Shown here piece by piece: positions 1 to 10,362 of a stretch of DNA of 64,000 bases. Numbering within the stretch: the first letter of the stretch is position 1; each line of letters starts with the position of its first letter. The translations under genes were made by a program, and so were the position numbers. Below the pieces are notes generated by a model. It was given only the letters and a program-made list of their open reading frames with translations, was not told the DNA's origin and made no database searches. The stretch covers positions 96,001-160,000 of the forward strand of contig CAVZVA010000010.1 in assembly GCA_963778655.1 (NCBI GenBank), given 5' to 3'. Source of the DNA: an uncultured delta proteobacterium. GTDB taxonomy: Bacteria > Myxococcota_A > Polyangia > Polyangiales > JAFGIB01.

Positions 1-978
1 CGCGCCTACGTCCAAGACCGCGTCGAGGCGCGCGTGCACCGCGACGGAGCGCACGCGTTCGACCTCGTGATCGAGGTCGAACACGCCGAGGGCCCCGCCA
101 TCGACGTCGAGACCGGCGATGCGCTCGTCCTTTCGCTGCGCGCGTCGCACGGTAGGCCGCCTCTGCGCGATGCGGGCGGGCGGCTCGAGACGCCTGGCGT
201 GGTTTCGTGCACCTTGCCGCCAGCCTTCGAGCACCTCGGCGAAGGGCAACGCGTGCTGTTCGACGACGGAAAGATCTGTGCCGTCGTGGAGCACGGCAGC
301 GCGAAGGACGGCGCGTTCTCGCTGCGGGTTACGCGCACCCAGAAGCGTATCCAGAAGCTACGGGCCCAGAAGGGCATCAACCTGCCCGATACGCGCGTCA
401 CCGTGCCCAGCCTCGCCGAGGACGACTTGCGGGCGCTGGCGTTCGTGGCCGAGCACGGCGAAGTCGACGCGGTCGGGCTCTCGTTCGTGCGCTCGACCGA
501 CGACGTTCGAAAGCTGCACGCCGAGCTCGACCGCATCGGGCGGCCCCACATCGGCGTCGTCCTCAAGATCGAAACGGCCGCCGGCTTCGAGAACCTGCCG
601 CGTTTGCTGCTCGAGGGCCTGACTCGGCCGCCGCTCGCCGTGATGATCGCGCGCGGGGATCTGGCCGTCGAGGTCGGGTTCGAGCGCCTCGCCGAGCTGC
701 AGGAAGAAATCCTGTGGCTGTGCGAGGCGAGCCACGTGCCGGCGATCTGGGCGACGCAGGTGCTCGACACCCTCGCTCGCACCGGCGTGCCTTCGCGCGC
801 CGAAGTCACCGACGCGGCGGCCAGCGTTGCGGCCGAGTGCGTGATGCTGAACAAGGGGCCGTTTGTGGGCGATGCGGTGACCGCGCTTGCGAACATCCTG
901 CGCCGTATGGAGAAGCACCACTACAAGAAGCGCAGCCTGTTTCGAAAGCTGCGCGTCTCGACGTTCACCGAGCGCTGA
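1..978 (+). CDS. pyk: Pyruvate kinase, C-terminal part (5' end lies upstream of the window)
   Basis: Motifs KGINLP, GLSFVR, LKIET, MIARGDLAVE, WATQVLD, PSRAEVTD and CVMLNKG; frame is open from position 1. Confidence 0.9.
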   Translation, partial: RAYVQDRVEARVHRDGAHAFDLVIEVEHAEGPAIDVETGDALVLSLRASHGRPPLRDAGGRLETPGVVSCTLPPAFEHLGEGQRVLFDDGKICAVVEHGSAKDGAFSLRVTRTQKRIQKLRAQKGINLPDTRVTVPSLAEDDLRALAFVAEHGEVDAVGLSFVRSTDDVRKLHAELDRIGRPHIGVVLKIETAAGFENLPRLLLEGLTRPPLAVMIARGDLAVEVGFERLAELQEEILWLCEASHVPAIWATQVLDTLARTGVPSRAEVTDAAASVAAECVMLNKGPFVGDAVTALANILRRMEKHHYKKRSLFRKLRVSTFTER

Positions 979-987
979 GGGGCCAGT

Positions 988-1090
988 GGATAGTCGGTAT
1001 GAAGCGCCGATTCGAGCACGGCGCTGTTGCGGGCGAGTTGACATATTCCGTTCAACTGCACAGTAGAGCCTACCTTCTCCAGGCGGCAGC
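988..1090. repeat. Dispersed repeat with a dif-like core; intron-less copy of the 59071-59717 locus
   Basis: GGATAGTCGG.ATGAAG.GCCGATTCGAG, GGCGAGTTGACATATT and AGAGCCTACCTTC.CC.GGCGGCAGC all recur at 59071-59171 and 59692-59717. Confidence 0.75.
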
Positions 1091-1200
1091 TACTCGGAAA
1101 TGCTGCAGGCCGGCATCGCGCCCCGCGGCATCGCCGCATCCCACACGACACGCGGCCGCGTGGCGGCGGCGGCGCTGCCGGCGCGCGCCGCCGCCGCCGC

Positions 1201-1700
1201 TCAGTCGCCGTTGCCGTTGTCGTACTGTGGGCCGAGCTTGATCACGCGGAAGTCGCTCAGGTCGATCTTGTGCCTGAGCGCGTCCCGCGCGCGGGCCGTG
1301 CGACGTGTACCAGGTGGGGTTGCCCTCGGCCAGCGGCCGCACGCCGCTGCCGCTCAGGTCCATGGTGGCGCCCAGCCCGCAGTGCCACTGCCCGCCGTTG
1401 TCGACCACGTTCCACATCCCCCATTCGGTCATGGTCGAGCGATCGATGATCAGCAGGTGGTGATCGCTCTGTGGATCGGGCGTGGCGCCGGCGGGCCACG
1501 GCACCATGGCGCTGGCGTTCATGCCGTTGTTGCCCGGAAAGCCGAGGCCGCCGAGGTCGCAGCTCACCATGACCTTGGGCGTGCTGGCGTCGGCCTCGAA
1601 CAGCGGGATGGAATAGCCCGCGATGTTTGACGTCGAGGTGCGAGCCGTACTCCAGGCTGATCCAGCGGTGCGATCGGCTCGCCTGCACGCGGCTGCCGGA
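1201..1700 (-). pseudogene. Remnant of a secreted hypothetical protein, internally deleted or frameshifted
   Basis: Protein-like segment YSIPLFEADAS...SDHHLLIID...WYTSHG followed in another frame by KIDLSDFRVIKLGPQYDNGNGD-stop. Confidence 0.5.
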
Positions 1701-1772
1701 GGGTGATGATGTCCCGTCCGCCACGCCACGCACGAGGCGGCGGCCGCTGGGACGCTCACACCCCCTTGGGAA

Positions 1773-2474
1773 TCAGGGGGGCAAGCTCCCGTCCACGGTC
1801 GGAAGCTCTCGGCCGCTGCGCAGCACGTACATGATCGAACGAACGCCGCGGCCGTCGGGCGATGGCACGCTGTCGCCGAAGAGCGCAGCGGCGAATCCTA
1901 GTGGGTGCGTAGGATCGGGCATGGCGAGCGCACTGAGAAAGGCGAGCCGGCCATCGCTGTCCAGATGCGACGTCTCGACGCGACACAGCGAGCTCCTGCA
2001 TTCGATCGCGTCCAGGGCCGAGCCGGCGGGTAGGGTGTGCGCAAAGAGCGCGCGAAAGGCGGCCTCGGGATGCCAGGCTGGATCGGGGACCTCAGCTGCG
2101 AATGCCTGCTCCACGCGGTGCCAGCGCTGCTGGCTCGTGACCTGGTTGCTCGGCACAGGTGCCGGCCCCGTCGCCTGCTCGTTCGGCGTGGGAGTGCCCG
2201 GCACCGGTCGTGGGGGCGCGGGCAGCGGTGTAGCGCGCTGAGCGGGCGCGCTGCCCGGGCTGCTCGCGGCGCGCTCCGTTGCTTGGGCTGGTCTGAGCTT
2301 CGCGCCGGGGTCCGCGTGGCTGCTCACCGCGGTGTGCACGCGCTCGGGGCGCGCGCCGTGCCACAAGGCGGCGCACCACAGCGCCGCCATTGCGAGCGCT
2401 CCAAATGCCAGCAGCTTGGCCGTGGTTGCGCTCGCCGGCACGCGTTCAGTAGTCGACCGAGAGGACGCGTGCAT
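1773..2474 (-). CDS. Hypothetical membrane-anchored protein
   Basis: N-terminal hydrophobic helix, Pro/Ala linker, then a domain with EVPDPAW and IECRSSLCRVE. Confidence 0.65.
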   Translation of the reverse strand: MHASSRSTTERVPASATTAKLLAFGALAMAALWCAALWHGARPERVHTAVSSHADPGAKLRPAQATERAASSPGSAPAQRATPLPAPPRPVPGTPTPNEQATGPAPVPSNQVTSQQRWHRVEQAFAAEVPDPAWHPEAAFRALFAHTLPAGSALDAIECRSSLCRVETSHLDSDGRLAFLSALAMPDPTHPLGFAAALFGDSVPSPDGRGVRSIMYVLRSGRELPTVDGSLPP

Positions 2475-2949
2475 CGCCGATCCGGGAGTCCTGTGAGTTG
2501 AACCCGCAGACCACGCTCAAGCTGTCGCCGGTCGCGACCGTGAGCGATTTGGCGACCGTCGCGTAGCCGCCCACCGGAAATGCACCATAGCTGACGAGCT
2601 GCACGATCGTGCCGCTCGGGTTGTATTCGAGCGCGAGGCACTGCAGCTGGCTCGACGTGGTTTGCTTGACGGTGAGCGAAACCGTCTTGGCGCCGGTGCT
2701 GTCGAGCGCGATCGGGATCACCCAAGCCGGTGGAAGGTAGCCGTTCGGGCATGACGGGCCCGGCAGGAACCCGACACCCGCGGTGCCACTGAAGTAGTCG
2801 AAATTAAAGCACGGTGTATAGCTCGGGAACGCCGACTGGCCGACCGCCAACGCTCGACGTGCCGACGCGCCGCTCGCGCCTACGCCGGTCATCAAGATCG
2901 CCGCCAGCGCCGCGAGTGCAGGGGTTTTCATGCCGATTGCCTTTCTCAT
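2446..2949 (-). CDS. Secreted hypothetical protein
   Basis: GGAGG RBS before ATG at 2949; signal peptide; beta-rich body with four Cys. Confidence 0.7.
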   Translation of the reverse strand: MRKAIGMKTPALAALAAILMTGVGASGASARRALAVGQSAFPSYTPCFNFDYFSGTAGVGFLPGPSCPNGYLPPAWVIPIALDSTGAKTVSLTVKQTTSSQLQCLALEYNPSGTIVQLVSYGAFPVGGYATVAKSLTVATGDSLSVVCGFNSQDSRIGDARVLSVDY

Positions 2950-3002
2950 ACGTTTTCCTCCTGAAGCCGCTCCGCGGATGACCCGGACCCGTGGCGGGAC
3001 GT

Positions 3003-3018
3003 TGCAGGGCCCGTGCCA
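3003..3018 (-). promoter_or_regulatory. Putative sigma54 -24/-12 promoter
   Basis: TGGCACGGGCCCTGCA on the minus strand about 55 bp upstream of the 2949 start. Confidence 0.5.
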
Positions 3019-3427
3019 GGACCGAAAGTGCGGTCTTTCGCCGGGTTCGAAGCGGCGCATGCGACGCCCCGCGCCGATTGCGGCACGCCTGCTGCCACTT
3101 CGGGCACTGGTACCGCTCGCAGCGGGTCCGCTACACCACCTCGGTTCTCTTTCTCGGGGGCGCGAGACGCAACTCGTTCTCAGCCGAAAGCCCGTGTGCG
3201 GCCGACGACTTAGGCGCCGTTGATGGCGGCGACCGAAGAACGCTACCCCACTCGAAGTGCGCACCCACGACGCTACCGCGCCCAGGCGCGCCAGCGTGGT
3301 CTCACTCGAGCGCACCACGTTGGTCTTGCGTGCCAACCGCCGGATCGCGCTCGGCACGGGCGAGGGCGTGCTCGTGGTCTACCGATCGGCGGCAGCTGGC
3401 GCGGCTCGCCAACCATCGCGCCGGGCC

Positions 3428-4606
3428 TCACGGACCGGTAAAGAGGCCCGAGATATGCACCTTCACGATCGGATCGTTGGCTTCGTCATAGACAACATCG
3501 CTTTGGCCGTCGACGCTGCGGCGAACGACGGCGTCCCGCAAAACGGCGTTCCCGCTCGTGTAACGAGAGAGCTCGTATAGCCGACCCGAAGCGTCCAGCC
3601 GTGGGGTGCCCCCCACGGAATGCCCGGCCGGAAGCGGCGGATATGCGCCTCGCATGGTGGCGTTGCCGTCGAGCCCGACGAACCACAGCTCCCGCGCTGT
3701 CGGATCGGCGTCGCTCGCCAGCACGAGGCGGTAACCATCCGGGTCCGCGCGCGCGGTGAGGGGCTTGGTCGCCGGAAGACCTGAGAATGGGACCACTGTC
3801 AGGCTGGCGAGGTCGAGCACGCCGTCGTCCTCCAGCGCAGTGCCCGAAGCACCGAGCGAATAAAGCGGTCTCTCCGTGATCTTCCGCCCCTGCTCGTCGT
3901 ACCAGGCCGCGCCGCAGTAGTGAAGGATCGCGCCGTCGGGCGAGACCAACAGCCCGCTGGTCGAGGCCGGGTAGCTGTCGCAGCTTGGCATTGGAATCGG
4001 ATCGTCGTTGGCTTGCGGATCCTTCGGATATGCAATGCCCGGGCGCGCATACCGGCACCCGTCGCAGCGGAACACGAAGCCCCCGCCGTTGGCTGTGTAT
4101 AGAAGGCGGCCATCTGTGGGGCGGATCTGTCCCGACTCCTCGTCCGCGCCGCAGTCGAACCCCACCACGGCCTCGTCGGGCGCGAGCACGGGAGCAACTG
4201 CGTCCAAATAACAAGCACCTTCGCTCAACGTGCCGAATAGGTAGACCTCGTCCAGATCGAAGATCTCCAGGTGCGGGTCGGGTGGCATCACGCCCGCATC
4301 GTCGTCGGCGGTCACGGCCGCATCGTAGAACAGTCCGTTCCAGCGAGGGTCTGGCGCGCCGGCATCGTAGGCAGGACTCTGCGTGCGCCCGGCGTCGGAG
4401 GTGACGGCGGTGACGCCGGCAGGTGGGTTCGGCTGGCCGGTGACCGGAATCGGCCACAGCGAGATGGCGGCGTCGGGATCGCCGCGATCTCGAACCTTGT
4501 CCTCCGAGCAGGCCGTGCACAGCGCGCAGCAGACGCTCGCCCAGCAGGCGAGCGCCGCCCACGCCCGGCGTGCGGCCCATGCAGGCCTCGTTGATCTAGC
4601 GGCCAT
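3428..4606 (-). CDS. Hypothetical lipoprotein
   Basis: Lipobox-like LCTAC; 392-aa ORF overlapping the stop of the upstream gene. Confidence 0.7.
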   Translation of the reverse strand: MAARSTRPAWAARRAWAALACWASVCCALCTACSEDKVRDRGDPDAAISLWPIPVTGQPNPPAGVTAVTSDAGRTQSPAYDAGAPDPRWNGLFYDAAVTADDDAGVMPPDPHLEIFDLDEVYLFGTLSEGACYLDAVAPVLAPDEAVVGFDCGADEESGQIRPTDGRLLYTANGGGFVFRCDGCRYARPGIAYPKDPQANDDPIPMPSCDSYPASTSGLLVSPDGAILHYCGAAWYDEQGRKITERPLYSLGASGTALEDDGVLDLASLTVVPFSGLPATKPLTARADPDGYRLVLASDADPTARELWFVGLDGNATMRGAYPPLPAGHSVGGTPRLDASGRLYELSRYTSGNAVLRDAVVRRSVDGQSDVVYDEANDPIVKVHISGLFTGP

Positions 4607-5981
4607 GGCTCATCAGCAGCGGTGGCAGTCGCACGTGACAGCCCAGTGCGTGCCTGACCAGCATCACGGGTGGAGGGCTGACGATGGCGCTCGCTCCAGC
4701 GGCGGACGTCATCTCGTCGTCGGTCGCGCGCCACGCGAGCTCCCCAAGCGGGACGGGCAACGCCGCTTCGGAGGCTACGAGGTAGGCTTCCCCGAGCCCG
4801 GGATCGAACGCCGCTTCGATCGCGTCCCGGTCCCTTCCCGGCCAGACCGCGGGCGAGATGCCGTCGACGATGCTCGCACGCCACGCGGCTACGACCGTGT
4901 CCGACGAGGGATCGACCTGGACGGAGAACACGTCCGCGGCCAACGCGCTCGCAGTCCCCAGTCTGGCACCGACGGACACGTTCATGCGTGCGGCGTAGAT
5001 GCGACCGATCCACGCGCCCAGCGCCGTCGCGGCCACGTCTTCGAAGCCGCCGGGCAGGCTCGGCTCCGCGCGCTCGTGCAGGGCAGCATGCTTCTTCGCG
5101 GCATCGGGCGCGGGACCAAACATGATCTCGCGAGTCGTGAGCGGTGGCTTGTCGAAGAGCGCGTCGACACCGGCGCGACCGCGTGCCAGCCAGTATTGGG
5201 TCACGAAGCCACCTCCGAACGCGTAGGGAAACCGCTCGTCCCCTCGCGCCACCGGCGCGGCGTCTTTTTCGGCCTCGTCGAGCGTGTCGGAGCGCCATTG
5301 CGCGAAGTAAGCCTCCCAGTCGACGTCGTCCGGGGAGAGCCCCGCGAGCTGGATGTCCACCAAGGCCTGGTAGAGCACCGCTTCGCCTTCGATCACACTG
5401 TCCACAGCCAGCGAGGCGTCGTACGACGTGCCCCATTTCTGCTGAAAGCGTTCGAGGCCGTAGTCCGCGTCTTGCAAGGCATGCACGATCTCGTGCGCGA
5501 GCGTCTCGACCGCGGTCTCGTCGTCGAGCCGCTCACCGTGGTCGACGACCAAGATGCGCTTTTCCTGGTTGAGGTAGACGGCGGCAATGTCGGCTACCGA
5601 GTCTGCCAGGGATTGGTCGATCTGGTAGTCGGGCGGCGCGAGCCGGAAAAGGGCGAGGCCCCGACTCCAGCGCGCGTACGCAGCCCTGGTGTCCTCGTCG
5701 AAGGCGTTGTTGGCTTGCAGCTTGGCGAGCAGGGCGTCTTCGCTGACGACCTTGACCGGCGGCAGCTTCGCTTGGCCGCCCCGCATGCACGACACCGCCG
5801 CCATGACCGCGCGCTGGCAAGCCTGCTCCCGGATGTCGCACGCCGACAGCGTCGGGCAATTCGCGCCATTGCTGCAGGCGCTCAGCACGGCCGCCAGCAA
5901 GGTCGAAACGGCGGACAGACGCAGCGCGACCGGTCCGGCTCGACCCCCACTGCTGGCCTCGCTTGCCCCTCCCGCCGTCAT
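4596..5981 (-). CDS. Lipoprotein with a zincin-like metallopeptidase motif
   Basis: LSAC lipobox, LAHEIVHALQD (HExxH), downstream IEGEA and FPYAFG. Confidence 0.75.
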   Translation of the reverse strand: MTAGGASEASSGGRAGPVALRLSAVSTLLAAVLSACSNGANCPTLSACDIREQACQRAVMAAVSCMRGGQAKLPPVKVVSEDALLAKLQANNAFDEDTRAAYARWSRGLALFRLAPPDYQIDQSLADSVADIAAVYLNQEKRILVVDHGERLDDETAVETLAHEIVHALQDADYGLERFQQKWGTSYDASLAVDSVIEGEAVLYQALVDIQLAGLSPDDVDWEAYFAQWRSDTLDEAEKDAAPVARGDERFPYAFGGGFVTQYWLARGRAGVDALFDKPPLTTREIMFGPAPDAAKKHAALHERAEPSLPGGFEDVAATALGAWIGRIYAARMNVSVGARLGTASALAADVFSVQVDPSSDTVVAAWRASIVDGISPAVWPGRDRDAIEAAFDPGLGEAYLVASEAALPVPLGELAWRATDDEMTSAAGASAIVSPPPVMLVRHALGCHVRLPPLLMSHGR

Positions 5982-6176
5982 GGCCTAGCGATGTTTGTAC
6001 TTCCTCGCGCGGCCGATTGGAAGTGGAGCATGGGAGCGCCATCTGGGTTCGCGGGCGCTCGGGCCCAGAGCTCGCGGTCGGCCTCGACCTCCGGGATCAA
6101 CTCGAGGGCACGATCTCGAACGTCCACCGGGGCAGCGTGGGCGACTGGCGTTGAACAGCGGCACAACCGCCTCGCA

Positions 6177-6662
6177 TCAGCGCCGCGTCTCGGCCATGCG
6201 CGCCGCGAGCAGCTTGCGAACGAGCGCAACGGGGAGCGGCTTTGCAAGCGTGAAGTGCAACGCCGACTTGGTGTGATCATAGCCCTCGAGCTCGCCAGCG
6301 AGCGTCTGAAGGGTCGTGCCGCTGAACGGGTAGTAGGAGCCGCCGTTCGCTCTGGCGGCGAAACCCGCGACCACGCGGCCGCCCACCCGGAAGGCCGGGA
6401 TCGCGTAGCTGATGCACTCCTGAGCCTCGGGGACGATCCGCCGGATCGTCCGGCGCAACCGCTCGAGGGCGCGCCGTGTCTCGCCGCTCGCGCCCCCGAG
6501 GTACTCGTCGATGGTCGCGGCCTTGTGGGGCGCCGCCGCTCTCAGCGCCGCCGGCAGCGGGCGGCAGCCGCAGGCCTTCGCATGTGCCTTATGCCAGGCG
6601 ATCCGTTGCGCGGTCGTCGGCGTCTTTGGCATCGGATGACCGTCGTGCCACGCCCGATTCAC
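6177..6662 (-). CDS. DUF1801/YdhG-like protein with a His/Cys-rich N-terminal extension
   Basis: TIDEYL...LRRTIRRIVPEAQECISYAIPAF...YYPFSG; N-terminus WHDGHPMPK...WHKAHAKACGCRP. Confidence 0.75.
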   Translation of the reverse strand: MNRAWHDGHPMPKTPTTAQRIAWHKAHAKACGCRPLPAALRAAAPHKAATIDEYLGGASGETRRALERLRRTIRRIVPEAQECISYAIPAFRVGGRVVAGFAARANGGSYYPFSGTTLQTLAGELEGYDHTKSALHFTLAKPLPVALVRKLLAARMAETRR

Positions 6663-6762
6663 CGTGGTTGTCTACCACGGGGCGCCCGTCGTGTGCCAAC
6701 CGAGGATCCCGGGCTCACGCGGCCGTCGCGGTAGTCGAAGTTGAGCATGGCGCCCAGACGCG

Positions 6763-6978
6763 CTATCTGCCGCCCTGGCTTTCCTCGTTGTCCGGATCGC
6801 CGCTCTGCGGATCGCCGCTTTGCTGATCGCCGTCCTGGTGGTCGCCGTCGCCGCACTCGCATTCGTGGTGGCGCGCGCCGCTGTCAGCCTTGGCGCGCTC
6901 GTCGACTTCATACTCCTTGTCCGCGACGGCGCCGAGAATCGGCGGGCGAAGCCGGCAAGCAGCGCGGGTATTCATCAT
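6763..6978 (-). CDS. Small acidic low-complexity peptide, possibly a remnant
   Basis: ATGA overlap with the stop of the upstream gene; GDxQ repeats. Confidence 0.3.
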   Translation of the reverse strand: MMNTRAACRLRPPILGAVADKEYEVDERAKADSGARHHECECGDGDHQDGDQQSGDPQSGDPDNEESQGGR

Positions 6979-8033
6979 AAGGGCTTGTCCGTGAAGATCA
7001 GCAGCCGCGCACTCGCCGAATCCACGACGTAGACGTTTCCATCCGCGTCGGCCACGGCGTTGCGAGCGTGCTCCCCCGTCGCGCCGGTTGCTACGACCGA
7101 AAGCTGGCCATTGTCCTCGACGCGAACCAAGGTCAAGCGCTGCGCCTTCGCAGCGGCAACGTACAGCAGCCTCTTCGACGCATCGTACGCGATGTCGTCC
7201 ACACCATCGCCGGTGTCGAGCTTGGCGAGCGTCGCGCCGTCATGCGCGCCGTCCAAGACGCGCACACCATCGGAGCACGCCACGAACACGAAGTTGCTCG
7301 CCGCATCGACCGCGACCCCGTGCGGCTCCCCACCGCCGCAACCGGAGCTCCAGGTCGCCTTGATCGCGTGGGATTCGAGCTCGATGGCCAGGGTCTGATT
7401 CTTGTCCTCCAGGTTCGTGTAGAACAAACCGTGCTCGGCATCGAGCGCGGAGCCTTCCACGGATCCAGGCGCCTTGATCTCCAGCTTCGCCTTCAACACG
7501 GCAGGCGCGCTCGCATCGAGCACCGTGAGGGATTGAGCTTTCGGCGTCGTGACCCAAACTTCCTTGGCCGACGACACGTAGGAAACGAAATCGGGTGGGG
7601 ACGAGAGCTTCAAGCACGAGCCGAGCTTCAGCGACGCTTCGTCGATGGCGCACACCTCGTCCGTCGAGCGGGTGCCCACATAGGCGAAGCCGTCACCGAT
7701 CGTCACCGAGCTCGGTCCCATCGCACGCATGTGTCCGTGTATCTCGCGCTGTTCCGTCTTGAAGCCGTCGACGCGTTGGAACGTGCCGTCCCGGATGTCG
7801 AACACGTCGACACTGCCGGTATCTCCGACGGGAACCCAAACGCGTCGGTGAGCGCGATCGCAGGCGATCAGGTCGAGCGACACCGGGCCCACGGCACCGG
7901 GAAGCCCCACGCTCTGGACACTGAGTTCCCGCGGCGCGGACGATGCTGCGCCAACCACCGCCGCCGGCGCGCGCGGCGCGGACTGACAAGCGGACAAGAC
8001 CACCATCAAGACGCTTCCAGCTGGAAATCGCAC
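6975..8033 (-). CDS. YncE/YVTN-type beta-propeller lipoprotein
   Basis: LSAC lipobox; repeated blades such as GSVDVFD, YTNLEDKN, PHGVAVD and GVDDIAYD. Confidence 0.8.
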   Translation of the reverse strand: MRFPAGSVLMVVLSACQSAPRAPAAVVGAASSAPRELSVQSVGLPGAVGPVSLDLIACDRAHRRVWVPVGDTGSVDVFDIRDGTFQRVDGFKTEQREIHGHMRAMGPSSVTIGDGFAYVGTRSTDEVCAIDEASLKLGSCLKLSSPPDFVSYVSSAKEVWVTTPKAQSLTVLDASAPAVLKAKLEIKAPGSVEGSALDAEHGLFYTNLEDKNQTLAIELESHAIKATWSSGCGGGEPHGVAVDAASNFVFVACSDGVRVLDGAHDGATLAKLDTGDGVDDIAYDASKRLLYVAAAKAQRLTLVRVEDNGQLSVVATGATGEHARNAVADADGNVYVVDSASARLLIFTDKPL

Positions 8034-8314
8034 GCGGGCAGAGTACGACGTTAGCAGTTCGTTGGCCAAGCCTTGACGGGTGCGCTGGAGGTGTCGAATC
8101 GTCGTGCGTCCGACGAAGCAACCGAGCTCCTTGAGCGCACCGTAGATCCACGCAATCCTTGCAACGCTGCCGATAGTCGCGCCGGAAGCGCGGTGTGCTG
8201 GTAGCGCACGTCCCGATCGCGAGCTATGCCGAAGAAACCCTGCGAGCGCGGCCTGATTCAGCGGATCCTTTGTTGTCGGCACGATTGTTGCTGCTTTGCC
8301 GCGTGGGAAGTCCG

Positions 8315-9679
8315 ATGGCACGAGCACAGATTCTGATCTTGGTCGCCCTTGCCGCTTGCGGCGACACGAGGGTCAAGCCGGAAACTAGCGGCGGTGCATC
8401 GAACGCGGAAAGCCGGTCTGACGCAGGCACCGGCAGTCGTTTGGATGGTGGCAGGGCTTCCGGCGAGGTGTGCCACACCGATGCGAGCCAACGCTTGATT
8501 TGCGATCCTTCGAAGACGGCCGGCGTGGCGTGGGGACCGAGCATCACGGTTCGGCAAGGCACGGGTTCGCCGCCGGCGCCCGAAGGCGGAACGATCGTGC
8601 CCGGCGCGTACCAGCTCGTGGCCGAGACCTTGTACGGCAGTGTCCCAGAGAACTACGAATGGCCGCGACCCGGCGATAGCGTAAAGCGAATTCTGGGAGT
8701 CCACTGCGATATCGCCGAGGAGTTGGTCCAATCCACGAGTGCCAGCACGCGCCGCGGATTGGGCGCTTGGAACGCTTGCCACAGGCTCGTTCCGCAGTCG
8801 CTCACTCCGCTCGAAACCGGGAACTACTTTGACAGCGCAACGGGCCAACCGCTGTACCCCGAGTTGCAGGGTGCTGTCTCGTATACAGCCGGCCCCCAAT
8901 CGCTGCGCTTGATCGAGTTGTTCCCGTACATGGGTCGCGACGGAATTCTCGGCTCATATGCATCGCTCGAGGAGTATGTGCTCGTCACTGGAGCTGGCGT
9001 CGATGCTGCTGTCGCCACCGTCACAGACGCCAAACCGCCGGCTGCGCCCACCGAGCGCGATCCGCGTTGCCCCGCGGCGCCGCCGGCGATGGGTGATCCG
9101 TGCTCGCCCGATCCAGCTCCGCTCGAGTGCGAATACGGCGGCGATACGTTGCGGTACTGCACCACATTTGCCGAATGCATGCTCGACGTCCGCAGCGGCA
9201 ATTACAATTTCCACGTCGACCCGCCCGGCGATTGCACGCCGCCCAATCCGGCGGAATGTCCGGAGAGCTTTGCCGCGGCGCTGGCGCTCGAAGGCACGCG
9301 GCTCTCTCCGGCGCCCGCGCCGAGCGATGCCGGCGCGTACATCGACATCTGGTCGTACGGCGTGACCTGCAGCTACGCCGAGGGCGTGTGCGGATGCCGA
9401 CCCTCTCAGACTGGACTCTGCTCCGCTCCGGTCACTTGCACATGGAGCTGCCGCGCCGGCGCAGCGGTCGTAGACGAAGCAACCTCGACGCCGTGCCCTT
9501 GGCCAAGACCATTGGCGGGGGATCCGTGCCAGCCGGGCATGCAATGTGATTACCTCAGACGTTGTGGAGACAGAACCTCGCTTGGCCCGTCGATGACATG
9601 CCAGAACGGCTACTGGGCCCAGGATGACGGCACCGGCAGCTGCCCGGCGGATATCGCGTGCCCGACGATGACGCAGTAG
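8315..9679 (+). CDS. Cys-rich myxobacterial-type lipoprotein
   Basis: LAACG lipobox; repeats such as CPAAPP..GDPC...CEY and CPWPRPLAGDPC...CDY. Confidence 0.8.
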   Translation: MARAQILILVALAACGDTRVKPETSGGASNAESRSDAGTGSRLDGGRASGEVCHTDASQRLICDPSKTAGVAWGPSITVRQGTGSPPAPEGGTIVPGAYQLVAETLYGSVPENYEWPRPGDSVKRILGVHCDIAEELVQSTSASTRRGLGAWNACHRLVPQSLTPLETGNYFDSATGQPLYPELQGAVSYTAGPQSLRLIELFPYMGRDGILGSYASLEEYVLVTGAGVDAAVATVTDAKPPAAPTERDPRCPAAPPAMGDPCSPDPAPLECEYGGDTLRYCTTFAECMLDVRSGNYNFHVDPPGDCTPPNPAECPESFAAALALEGTRLSPAPAPSDAGAYIDIWSYGVTCSYAEGVCGCRPSQTGLCSAPVTCTWSCRAGAAVVDEATSTPCPWPRPLAGDPCQPGMQCDYLRRCGDRTSLGPSMTCQNGYWAQDDGTGSCPADIACPTMTQ

Positions 9680-10003
9680 CCCTCGGCCAAGGAGCGGCGC
9701 CAGCTTGGAACGCAGGATGGTTGGTTTCGGCGCATCGTCCTTGGGCCTGGCTCGCCGCGCTCGCCTGCGACGCCGGGCGGACCGGCTCGCAGGGAGCGGC
9801 CGGCGGCAGGAGCCGCGATGTCTCCGCAAGCGTCTCGGACGGAAGGGATGCCGCGCGGCGCTGTGACAGCAAGAGTCAGCGCCGACATGCGGCAAAAGAG
9901 ATCGCCTGCCCGTCTCTTTCTTCGTCACAGTCATCGGCGAGTCGTCCCTGGCGCTCGGCCGTGGAACGCCAATAGAGGGCAGGTCCCGCGGAGCGACCAT
10001 GAA

Positions 10004-10297
10004 TCACGAGTCGGCCATGATACCTGATACCACGCCATGAACGGCGCCGACGCTGCTGCGAAAAAGCGATCCACGGCGCGCGCCGCTGAGGTCCTCGAGC
10101 AGCAGGATGAACTCGCCGCTCGCCTCGTCCACTTCGGCGGCGCACGCCCTGGGCACGGGCAGCGCACGCTTGCCGCAAAGCTCGCCGTAGAAGCGCACCT
10201 CGTTCTGGTAGGAGTCGTGCTCGCGAGCAACCTCGCGCGCGCCGGCGAAGTCAGGGTACTGCCCGACCCGAGACCTGGCCATAAGGGACTGGCCCAT
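10004..10297 (-). pseudogene. Aminoglycoside/ecdysteroid-kinase-like phosphotransferase fragment
   Basis: YQNEVRFY...LPVP...FILLLEDL motif only; catalytic C-lobe absent. Confidence 0.55.
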
Positions 10298-10327
10298 TGC
10301 ACCAAGGTCGCACTTGGGTCCGGCCTG

Positions 10328-10352
10328 TTGACAACTACCACACGCGTAGTAG
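10328..10352 (+). promoter_or_regulatory. -35 box overlapping a putative BlaI operator
   Basis: TTGACA at 10328 followed by the inverted repeat ACTAC-N7-GTAGT. Confidence 0.6.
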
Positions 10353-10362
10353 GTATGGCCTC

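Noticed and set aside
4383..6734. Long ORFs such as 4383-6734, 12573-14036, 34608-35984 and 59866-61617
   Set aside because: Antisense or off-frame shadows of recognisable genes in high-GC DNA, Arg/Ala-rich and without motifs.
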